DNA of 58,974 nucleotides from an uncultured bacterium (GTDB lineage Bacteria; Chlamydiota; Chlamydiia; Chlamydiales; 2-12-FULL-49-11): NCBI GenBank assembly GCA_964477345.1, contig CAYZDL010000003.1, positions 1 to 58,974 of the forward strand, read 5' to 3'. Shown piece by piece: positions 40,979 to 48,960 of this stretch (position 1 is its first letter; each line of letters starts with the position of its first letter). The notes under the pieces were generated by a model. It saw only the letters and a program-made list of their open reading frames with translations, ran no database searches and was not told where the DNA came from. The position numbers and the translations under genes were made by a program.

Positions 40979-43900
40979 TTGAAGGTGATTCGGCATGCTG
41001 AGGGATTGGTTGAGGTATCAGGTATGCTCGTCGACGTGGGGCTAACATTTACAGAAGATGATATTAAAGGCGGGCATCTGTTAGCAAGCAAAGGCTCGGT
41101 ATCTCAAATTATCTTTTCTTCGGGAACCTATCAAATTCAAGTGTTTGATCAGACAGAGTACTGGATTTTCCTTCAGGTCAATGAAGAGGGGAAGGTCAGA
41201 GATCAATTCTGTACTTGCGAGGCTGCGGCTGAGCGAAAAACATGTCCCCATTTGGCGGCAGGTGTTGAGGTCATTTTCAGCGGACACAAACAACCACTTC
41301 ATGTTCGTTTTCGTACCTCTCTTTGGAATGCTCTGTTCCAGATTGCGGCAAGGCGACATGGATATGAAACGGGTGTATTGAAGAGACAAGAGAGCTCTTA
41401 TCTTTGCATGGGGGAGAATGAAGAGGAACATTTTTGTCTAAAACTTAAAGGAGAGCAGGCTAGAGAGCTGATCAGAGAGTGGATTGATGATAGGAGGGAG
41501 GAGACTGAAGAGACATCGATAAAGTTTTCTAATCTCGATCCTCGTGAATTTGAACTCTATCAAAAAGGGACTCCGAGCCATTATCTTAAGTTTGAGCTGT
41601 CGTTTTGGTCTGATTTGGCCAAATGGGTGATGATCTTTGAGGATCGAGGAATTGTGCCTCAGATTACTTTTGAAGGGAAAGAAGGGGAATTACCTCAAAA
41701 AATCAATGTGGATATGCAAGAAATTGAGATCAGTTTTACCCTCACTAAGGCTAATTTCTCTGAACTTCTTGAGCCTCTTTCTATTTACGAAACCGATTTG
41801 AAGATCTTTGAATTCGAGGGACTAGAAATAGAAAAGGTGGTTTATGATCCACTACTTAAGTCATTCGCAATCAATTCGAAGCCCATAGAAGTGGCTAAGA
41901 GTCATCAAGACACTATCGATCTTGGACGGTGGTTATTTAAGAAGAATGTAGGTTTTTTTTCGAAAGAGACAGATCCGCTTCTCAAGAAACAGGTGATTAA
42001 AGAAGAGGAAGTGAATGAATTTCTGAAAAAGCATTCTAAGATGTTGGAGAGGTATTTGGAGGGGGAAGAGATCTCTTCTAAATCGATTCCAATTTCTTAT
42101 CACCTTGACTTTGACAAGGAAAACAATCTTCATATTGTCGGGTATTTGTTTGAACAAGACGATTTGACGAGGGGGGAATCTCATTTTTTTGATCCCTGGG
42201 CCTATATTGAAGGAAAGGGTTTTTTTAGGTTATCCAATCTTTTATTTGCAGGTGTAGAAAAAGTTGTTCCTAAGGAGTTTATTCCTGAATTTATCGAAAA
42301 GAATCGGCATTGGTTAAATACCTTTGAGCAGTTTCAGATTCATTTAACGAGCATTGAGACAAAATTATCGTACCGCGTGGAAGATGGACAACTTTACATT
42401 GAGCATGACGAGGCTCATTTTGATTCGGCTTCTGAGGTGATCGATTTCGGAAGGTGGCTCTACATAAAAGGGCAGGGATTTTTTTCGCGTGGGAAAGGGC
42501 AATCAAGCAAAGAGCCGTTAGTTCCGCAAGTTGTTGAGGCAACTATGGTTTCTTCCTACATTTATCACAATCGTGAAGAATTGGAACAGATTCGAGGATT
42601 TTTTCATGCTGACACTGGTTTGGAGAAGAGTGGGTTAATGGTGGTTCTCTCTGAGGAGAATCAAATATTGATAGAGCCTCACTTTACCTTTAGAGATTGG
42701 GCAAAAGAGAGGCATCCACGTATTTTTGGCGACTTTGTCTATATTCCTGAGAAGGGGTTTGCAGAAATCACAGATGCGATGAAAATTCCGAGTCGATACA
42801 GTCATCGAAAGGTGATTCAGGCAGATCAAGTTCCTTATTTTCTGAAGCATGAAATGAAGAGGGTCAAGCCTTATGTTTTGCACATGGATACAAGGTTAAT
42901 TGAGCCAGTCAGATTGAGGTTAAAATTAAAATCGGCAAGGCAAGAAGATAAGAATTGGTGGATGACTCTTGCTTTTGCCTCATCGTATGGAGAGGTGCCT
43001 CTTTATGAGATTTACAAGGCGCTGTCTCATTTTTCTCCATTTATTCTATCAAATGCAGGGATGATCGATTTAAAGAATAAGCGATTTAGCTGGTTAATGC
43101 GTATTCCTAAAAGTGCCTTTAATGCTGCGACAGGGGAGATTCAATTATCGACCCTCGATTGGATCCGTCTTTCGGTCTATGAAGAGGTCGAATTTTTTGA
43201 TGCCGTTACTAATGAAGAAAAACAGATGATGGAAGTATTGTCTTCATTGCATGGGGTCCACATGGCTCCTCTTCCGATATTGAAGGGGCTGAAATCTAAA
43301 CTGCGTCCTTACCAAGAAATTGGGGTGAGGTGGCTCTGGTTTTTATACACGTATGGTTTATCGGGGTTTTTATGCGATGAGATGGGATTGGGAAAGACTC
43401 ACCAAGCGATGGCTCTATTAGCCGCGGTGATGAATGCCAAGAAGAAAACTGAACGAAAAAAATTTCTTGTTGTCTGCCCCACTTCAGTCATTTACCATTG
43501 GCAGGATCTTTTAGCAAAATTCCTTCCGAAGGCCAAAGTTCATCTCTATCATGGCCCTTTCAGAAAGCCAAAAAAATTGAAGTTGAAGTTCGATATCATC
43601 TTGACTACTTATGGAATACTGCGTTCTGATAAGGATCTCTTTAATAAAATGGAATTTGAAGTTTCGATTTTTGATGAGATGCAAGTGGCAAAGAACAGAA
43701 AATCACAGATTCACGGCACCCTGATGCAAACTAAATCGGATATGAAGTTGGCTTTGACGGGGACGCCTTTAGAAAATTATCTGACCGAATTGAAGGCGTT
43801 GTTTGATATTGTCTTACCAGGTTTTATGCCTTCCTCCCAAGAATTTAAAGATGAGTATGTACTTCCGATTGAGAAAGGAGGGGACAAAGAACGGCAAAAG

Positions 43901-44707
43901 GCGTTGCAAGCTCTGATCCATCCATTTATTTTACGGCGAAAAAAACAAGAAGTTCTCGACGATCTGCCAGAGAAAATCGAAGAGATTGTTTATGTCGATC
44001 TCTCGGATGAGCAAAAAAGATTGTATGATGAAATTGCCGTCTCTTCAAAAAAGATACTCGATGAAGAGGGGGGGCAATTTTACATGCATATTTTTGCACT
44101 TCTTAATCACCTCAAGCAAGTGTGTGATCATCCAGCTCTGCACCTCAAGGATGTGAAAAATTATGCTGAGTACCAAAGTGGTAAGTGGGACTTTTTCGTC
44201 GAAATCATCGAGGAGGCAAGGCAGAGCAAGCAAAAAGTGGTAGTCTTTTCGCAATTTCTCGAAATGCTCGACATCATTGAGAACTACTTAACAGAAAATC
44301 AGATTCAATTTGCTGCCATTCGTGGATCAACGCGTGACCGACGCGAACAGATGAAAAAATTCCAGGAAGATCCTTCCTGTGAGGTGTTTGTCGGATCTCT
44401 ACAAGCGGCAGGAGTAGGAATTGATTTGACAGCCGCCTCTGTTGTCGTTCACTACGACCGTTGGTGGAATCCTGCAAAAGAAAATCAAGCGACAGACCGA
44501 GTCCACCGGATTGGTCAAAGTCGTGGAGTCTCGGTCTTTAAGCTGGTGTCCAAAAACACCATCGAAGAGCATATCCATGAGCTAATTGAAAGAAAAAAAG
44601 ATTTGATTGAAAACGTGGTAGGATACGACTCTGAAAATGAGCTTAAGAGACTTGACAAGGATGAATTGAGAAAACTTCTCACTAAAATAATTTCTGATGT
44701 TATTTAA
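40979..44707 (+). CDS. SWIM zinc-finger + SNF2-family helicase
   Basis: 1242-aa ORF. SWIM 'CTCEAAAERKTCPH', SNF2 motifs 'LCDEMGLGKT' and 'DEMQVAKN', helicase-C 'QATDRVHRIGQ'. The start is unsure: TTG at 40979 or ATG at 41024. Confidence 0.9.
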   Translation: MKVIRHAEGLVEVSGMLVDVGLTFTEDDIKGGHLLASKGSVSQIIFSSGTYQIQVFDQTEYWIFLQVNEEGKVRDQFCTCEAAAERKTCPHLAAGVEVIFSGHKQPLHVRFRTSLWNALFQIAARRHGYETGVLKRQESSYLCMGENEEEHFCLKLKGEQARELIREWIDDRREETEETSIKFSNLDPREFELYQKGTPSHYLKFELSFWSDLAKWVMIFEDRGIVPQITFEGKEGELPQKINVDMQEIEISFTLTKANFSELLEPLSIYETDLKIFEFEGLEIEKVVYDPLLKSFAINSKPIEVAKSHQDTIDLGRWLFKKNVGFFSKETDPLLKKQVIKEEEVNEFLKKHSKMLERYLEGEEISSKSIPISYHLDFDKENNLHIVGYLFEQDDLTRGESHFFDPWAYIEGKGFFRLSNLLFAGVEKVVPKEFIPEFIEKNRHWLNTFEQFQIHLTSIETKLSYRVEDGQLYIEHDEAHFDSASEVIDFGRWLYIKGQGFFSRGKGQSSKEPLVPQVVEATMVSSYIYHNREELEQIRGFFHADTGLEKSGLMVVLSEENQILIEPHFTFRDWAKERHPRIFGDFVYIPEKGFAEITDAMKIPSRYSHRKVIQADQVPYFLKHEMKRVKPYVLHMDTRLIEPVRLRLKLKSARQEDKNWWMTLAFASSYGEVPLYEIYKALSHFSPFILSNAGMIDLKNKRFSWLMRIPKSAFNAATGEIQLSTLDWIRLSVYEEVEFFDAVTNEEKQMMEVLSSLHGVHMAPLPILKGLKSKLRPYQEIGVRWLWFLYTYGLSGFLCDEMGLGKTHQAMALLAAVMNAKKKTERKKFLVVCPTSVIYHWQDLLAKFLPKAKVHLYHGPFRKPKKLKLKFDIILTTYGILRSDKDLFNKMEFEVSIFDEMQVAKNRKSQIHGTLMQTKSDMKLALTGTPLENYLTELKALFDIVLPGFMPSSQEFKDEYVLPIEKGGDKERQKALQALIHPFILRRKKQEVLDDLPEKIEEIVYVDLSDEQKRLYDEIAVSSKKILDEEGGQFYMHIFALLNHLKQVCDHPALHLKDVKNYAEYQSGKWDFFVEIIEEARQSKQKVVVFSQFLEMLDIIENYLTENQIQFAAIRGSTRDRREQMKKFQEDPSCEVFVGSLQAAGVGIDLTAASVVVHYDRWWNPAKENQATDRVHRIGQSRGVSVFKLVSKNTIEEHIHELIERKKDLIENVVGYDSENELKRLDKDELRKLLTKIISDVI

Positions 44708-44789
44708 CAAAATAGAACAACGAAATAGTATACAAGATGCGCGGATTTTCTTTGCTTGTAGAATAAATTCCTCTTGAAGTGATAATTTA

Positions 44790-44817
44790 TTGTAAAAAAA
44801 AAAGCTGATTCTATACT
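44790..44817 (+). promoter_or_regulatory. candidate promoter (TTGTAA-16 nt-TATACT) for the mini-rhs locus
   Basis: Hexamers at 44790-44795 and 44812-44817, about 30 nt upstream of the TTG at 44850, which is preceded by AGGAGGGAGG. Confidence 0.3.
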
Positions 44818-44849
44818 TTCCTAACCCTAATCAATAGGAGGGAGGTCTA

Positions 44850-44966
44850 TTGCGCTGGCAACTTTTGCTTCTTTGTATCCCTTATGTTCTTTTGGGTCAG
44901 GTAGCGGAAATTTCCTATAATCATTATCCCTCAGGGAAAATACAATCTATATTACCATTCAAATGA
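44850..44966 (+). pseudogene. rhs N-terminal remnant (signal peptide + one YD-like unit), out of frame with the downstream rhs core
   Basis: Strong RBS at 44836-44845 and a TTG start. Encodes 'LRWQLLLLCIPYVLLGQVAEISYNHYPSGKIQSILPFK*'. The downstream rhs frame is already open from 44905. Confidence 0.5.
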
Positions 44967-45003
44967 GATAGCTGTTTTTACAGAAAGCGGAAAAATTGAA
45001 CAA

Positions 45004-45858
45004 TTGCGTATTCCTGGTAGAACCTTTCATCCTGAGGTTGTAAGGGCTGTTGCTATTGAAACCCAAAATGGCATTTATGCGCCCTTACACGATGTACAAG
45101 GTAATATTGCCAAATTAATAAACACTGTAACTCGAGAAGTTATTTCTTTTGCACCCCTAGATCCTTTTGGAGAAGATCTGCAAAAAAAACCAATCATCAC
45201 CCCCTGGGTATTTTCTGGTAAGCATTATGACTTTGAGACGAATCTTATTTACTTTGGTCATCGTTATTACGATCCGTCTTTAAAAAGATGGATTACACCG
45301 GATCCATTGGGTTGCATCGACAGTAGCAATTTGTATGCATACCTTCTTAACAATCCTTTTCGATATATAGATCCGAATGGACAATTTGTGTTTGCGATTC
45401 CTTTAGGAATTGGTCTCTGGGAGGTCTTTGAAATAGGGGCAATTGCTGTTGGAGCCTGGACAGCCAGCAAAGCTGTAGATAAAGGTAACCAACTTTTGAA
45501 TAAAAAGAGATTATCGGATAAGCGAGATTTTAATATCGTCAAGTTGGAGTGGGAAAATTTGGATGATAAAGAACAAAGAGATGTTCTTGAATATACCAGA
45601 ATGCTTGAAGAACGTGCGCATGAGCAGATTCATAGGGAGAAGCATAATAAAAAAGAGGAGCGTGATAGCTCTGGCAAGTTACAAAAAGAGATTGAAAGAG
45701 ATCAAGCCCCAAGTTCCGTAGATCGAGCAGATAAAGGTAGGGGTTCTTTTGAAAAAGACCACGTCCATCTTGATGATGATGAACATGCATTAAATCATGA
45801 TGGAACTTGGAAACATGGGGGTAGAGAACTCACAAATGTGGAAAAAAAATGGTTATGA
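45004..45858 (+). CDS. RHS repeat-associated core C-terminal fragment with polymorphic toxin tip (HNH-like motif)
   Basis: 'FGHRYYDPSLKRWITPDPLG...NNPFRYIDPNGQF' is the Rhs core end. A hydrophobic helix and a 157-aa tip ending 'DHVHLDDDEHALNHDGTWKHG' follow. It aligns with the end of the large Rhs at 48932-54103. Confidence 0.8.
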   Translation: MRIPGRTFHPEVVRAVAIETQNGIYAPLHDVQGNIAKLINTVTREVISFAPLDPFGEDLQKKPIITPWVFSGKHYDFETNLIYFGHRYYDPSLKRWITPDPLGCIDSSNLYAYLLNNPFRYIDPNGQFVFAIPLGIGLWEVFEIGAIAVGAWTASKAVDKGNQLLNKKRLSDKRDFNIVKLEWENLDDKEQRDVLEYTRMLEERAHEQIHREKHNKKEERDSSGKLQKEIERDQAPSSVDRADKGRGSFEKDHVHLDDDEHALNHDGTWKHGGRELTNVEKKWL

Positions 45859-45887
45859 GAACATGGGTGGGAGGTACCGGGAGGGGA

Positions 45888-46382
45888 ATGAAGTATTTCA
45901 CAAAAGATTGGTTTTCAGGAGACTTGTCTGAAGCCACAGTAGATGAAAGAGTCGAAAAATATAATCAATATCTTGATGAGATATTTGAAGCGCTACCATT
46001 TACTCTAAAAGTGCTTTTTAGAAGCATTAGCTTACATGATGCCATTATAGAGAAGGTTGTTTACGATGAGGAAAGAAAAACAGCAACATTTCATCTATTG
46101 TGTGGAGATCGACAAGTGGGCTATTTTGCACTCATCATTGAATATTTGAATGCAAGTAAATTAGATTCAAGTCTCTTTGAAGAGAATACATTAGAGATCC
46201 TGAGAGATGAATTGGAGTGGCTTAAAAATGAGAACAAGTACTCTCATAAGTTGTTCTTTTCGGATAAATCTGAAACAGAAATAGTGTTCGAGGATATTTC
46301 TTTACAACTCTCCACTAAAGGTCCTCTTGATTATAAGAGGGTAATTTCTTCCCTTCCCAGGCATCATCAGAAAAAAATCTAG
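45888..46382 (+). CDS. putative immunity protein (DUF4085-like)
   Basis: ORF opens at 45849, but the ATG at 45888 follows GGGAGGGGA and gives 'MKYFTKDWF', the N-terminus I associate with DUF4085. It lies immediately 3' of the toxin tip. Confidence 0.65.
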   Translation: MKYFTKDWFSGDLSEATVDERVEKYNQYLDEIFEALPFTLKVLFRSISLHDAIIEKVVYDEERKTATFHLLCGDRQVGYFALIIEYLNASKLDSSLFEENTLEILRDELEWLKNENKYSHKLFFSDKSETEIVFEDISLQLSTKGPLDYKRVISSLPRHHQKKI

Positions 46383-46474
46383 TTGATGGAAGTTGCAAAT
46401 ATTTTTTGAGAGGATAAGGTGTTTGTAAAACTCAGGTTGTTATTAAATCGGTCTATTTCCTATGATATCTGTCT

Positions 46475-47794
46475 ATGTATACTGTTGCTGTCGTTGGACG
46501 TCCCAATGTGGGGAAGTCGGCTCTATTTAATCGTATGTGCGGGAAAAGGCGCTCCATCGTCGAAGATTTCGAAGGGGTGACTCGCGACCGTCTGGTTGAA
46601 AAGGCTGAGGCTTTTGGGAAAAATTTTACTTTAATTGACACCGGGGGTATCGACTCCACGGCCTCGATTGCTTTTTCTAAAGAGATTCGGGAGCAGACCT
46701 TAATCGCGATTGAAGAGGCCGATGCTTTGGTCTTTGTCGTCGATGGGGCCTCACGGGTAACTCTTCAAGATGAAGAAGTGGCAAGGTTATTATTTAAAAC
46801 GCAGAAGCCTGTCTACTTGGCCATCAATAAGATTGACTCGATTGAAGCCGAAGGGGCCGCTTCAGAATTTTATACCCTTGGTTTTGAAAAGACTTATTGT
46901 GTATCGGCTCTACATGGACGTGGAGTGGCCGACTTATTGCAGGGAATTATAGCCCCTATTGATGATCAGCAGCCGCAAGAGGTGAATAAGCCCAAGGTAG
47001 CGATCGTAGGGCGTACTAATGTGGGAAAATCGACCCTTCTCAACTATTTGCTCAATGAGGAGAGATGTCTTGTTAGCGACATCCCAGGAACTACACGTGA
47101 CTCTGTCGATATTGAAATGGGAGGGTGTATCTTCATCGATACGGCGGGGTTTCGTAAAAAGAAGGCAGAAAAGGAGACGGTCGATAAGTTTGCTTTTATG
47201 CGTACAATGAAAGCGATCGAAGATTGTGATGTCTGCATTGTGATGATCGATGGCACCGAAGGACTCACATCTCATGAAAAAAGCATACTGGATGAAGTCC
47301 AGAAACTAGGTAAAGGGTGTTTGATCTTTGTCAATAAGTGGGATGCTGTAAAAGATATTCGGATGGAGCACGTCCTTGACCAAATTCGAACCTTCAATCA
47401 TTTTTTAATACACGTTCCGATCATCATCGGATCTGCAAAATTGGGACGAAACGTCGACGAGCTTTTCCCCAATATTTTTGAAATTACCGAAAATCTAGAT
47501 AAGCGTATTTCGACAGGTCAGCTCAATACGTTCCTTGAGCGTGCAATCCACCGAAATCATCCCCCTACAGTCAATGGAAAGCGCCTTAGAATCTATTATC
47601 TGACCCAGGTTTCGGTTCACCCCCCTACCTTTGTCCTCTTTGTCAATTACGAAGAGCTTCTCGTAGAATCTTATCGTCGTTATCTTATTAACGAGTTTCG
47701 AAAAGAATACGAATTCACCGGGTGTCCTATCCGTTTTAAGGTGAAAAAGAAGAGCAATAGCAAGAGTCGTGAAGAACTCCACAGCAAGACCTAA
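46475..47794 (+). CDS. der: ribosome-associated GTPase Der (EngA)
   Basis: 439 aa with two G domains ('GRPNVGKS', 'GRTNVGKS'; DTGG/DTAG; NKID/NKWD) and a KH-like C-terminus. Confidence 0.93.
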   Translation: MYTVAVVGRPNVGKSALFNRMCGKRRSIVEDFEGVTRDRLVEKAEAFGKNFTLIDTGGIDSTASIAFSKEIREQTLIAIEEADALVFVVDGASRVTLQDEEVARLLFKTQKPVYLAINKIDSIEAEGAASEFYTLGFEKTYCVSALHGRGVADLLQGIIAPIDDQQPQEVNKPKVAIVGRTNVGKSTLLNYLLNEERCLVSDIPGTTRDSVDIEMGGCIFIDTAGFRKKKAEKETVDKFAFMRTMKAIEDCDVCIVMIDGTEGLTSHEKSILDEVQKLGKGCLIFVNKWDAVKDIRMEHVLDQIRTFNHFLIHVPIIIGSAKLGRNVDELFPNIFEITENLDKRISTGQLNTFLERAIHRNHPPTVNGKRLRIYYLTQVSVHPPTFVLFVNYEELLVESYRRYLINEFRKEYEFTGCPIRFKVKKKSNSKSREELHSKT

Positions 47795-47808
47795 GATGTC
47801 TTCCTGCT

Positions 47809-48960
47809 TCATTTATCTAATGAAATCTTATTTCCCTTAGCCTTGACTATTTTAACAGCTTCTTCATAGGGTTCTTTGAAAACATCCTCTTTTCCCGGTT
47901 TTTTTGAATCCTTGATAAAATAAGATATTTCATTAGTATTTCCTACAGTAATAAATAAAAGATCGCCATCTTGAAGAGGTTCTTTCTTAGTATTTCTATG
48001 TATGAAGGAGAGATTAACTACAGCTCTCATCGGACTAAAGGGGTATTCTCTTAAGTAGGGTCTCAATTTTTCATGTTCATTAACCCTGTCTGCCAGTTTT
48101 TGCTTGAGGGTAACAATTAGATTTCGAGCCTCTTCGATCGTAATTCTCTTCATCACAGCAAATTCAACAATAATTCTTTCAACATCAAACGGCATGCCTG
48201 CACCAGATCCAATTGCCTGAATTTTAAATTCCTTTCCCATATCCTTTTGAAAATCTCTAATCACTTCGTTCACATATCTCTCATCTATTGCAATTTCGGG
48301 GCGTTTTCTTTTTTCAGGTGGGAGGGGTGGCTCCTTCTGTAAAAGACCCTTTTTATACTCCGCTGATATAAATTGTCGCCTCTTAATATCCCACCCTTCC
48401 AAGGGGCCTTCAGCTTTCCCATTTACGTACTTAATCGCTATCCATAAATTTCCTGTTGGATGGTTTGTGGTTTGATAACCATCTAGCAAACCATTTTCAT
48501 TATATGTAAGCATGTGTATTTTTTTAAGATTTTGAACTGGGTCCTTTCGATAGAAACTAATATGTATACCTTGCTTGATTCCTTCTTTGAAAAACCCCTT
48601 AAATGCATCTACTCCGTTGTCATACCAACCATGCACATGACCATTCGGTTTACCATCTTTGTAGGGAATTTTCGCTTTAAGAGTTCCATTACTCCAATAT
48701 TCGACGTATTCCCCTGTGGGTTCTTTTTGGACATGATCTCTTAGTCTATTGAGAAATTGTTCTCCAAAATCAGTACCCGTTAAACCTTCCACCATCTCTT
48801 CAACGGCACCCACAAGATCCGTAACCCCATGCCGAATCCCAAAAACTTTCGATTCCCACTCAGAAGTAATTTCTTTGGGGCTATCGACAACCATTGGTTC
48901 AGCAGCTAACAAACTTAGCCCCAGAAAAAGACTACCTTTGATTGCACACATAAAATCCAT
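47809..48960 (-). CDS. signal-peptide MORN-repeat (YwqK-like) protein; candidate Rhs immunity
   Basis: ORF runs to 48972; the ATG at 48960 follows GGAGA. Has 'MDFMCAIKGSLFLGLSLLAAEP' and MORN-variant repeats 'YWSNGTLKAKIPYKDGKPNGHVHGWYDNG...'. It overlaps the Rhs 3' end. Confidence 0.7.
   Translation of the reverse strand: MDFMCAIKGSLFLGLSLLAAEPMVVDSPKEITSEWESKVFGIRHGVTDLVGAVEEMVEGLTGTDFGEQFLNRLRDHVQKEPTGEYVEYWSNGTLKAKIPYKDGKPNGHVHGWYDNGVDAFKGFFKEGIKQGIHISFYRKDPVQNLKKIHMLTYNENGLLDGYQTTNHPTGNLWIAIKYVNGKAEGPLEGWDIKRRQFISAEYKKGLLQKEPPLPPEKRKRPEIAIDERYVNEVIRDFQKDMGKEFKIQAIGSGAGMPFDVERIIVEFAVMKRITIEEARNLIVTLKQKLADRVNEHEKLRPYLREYPFSPMRAVVNLSFIHRNTKKEPLQDGDLLFITVGNTNEISYFIKDSKKPGKEDVFKEPYEEAVKIVKAKGNKISLDK

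Noticed and set aside
40361-41091. ORFs 40361-40660 (+) and 40849-41091 (-).
   Set aside because: They overlap the RNase P RNA gene and the end of the zinc-ribbon gene. Their sequence is explained by the structured RNA.
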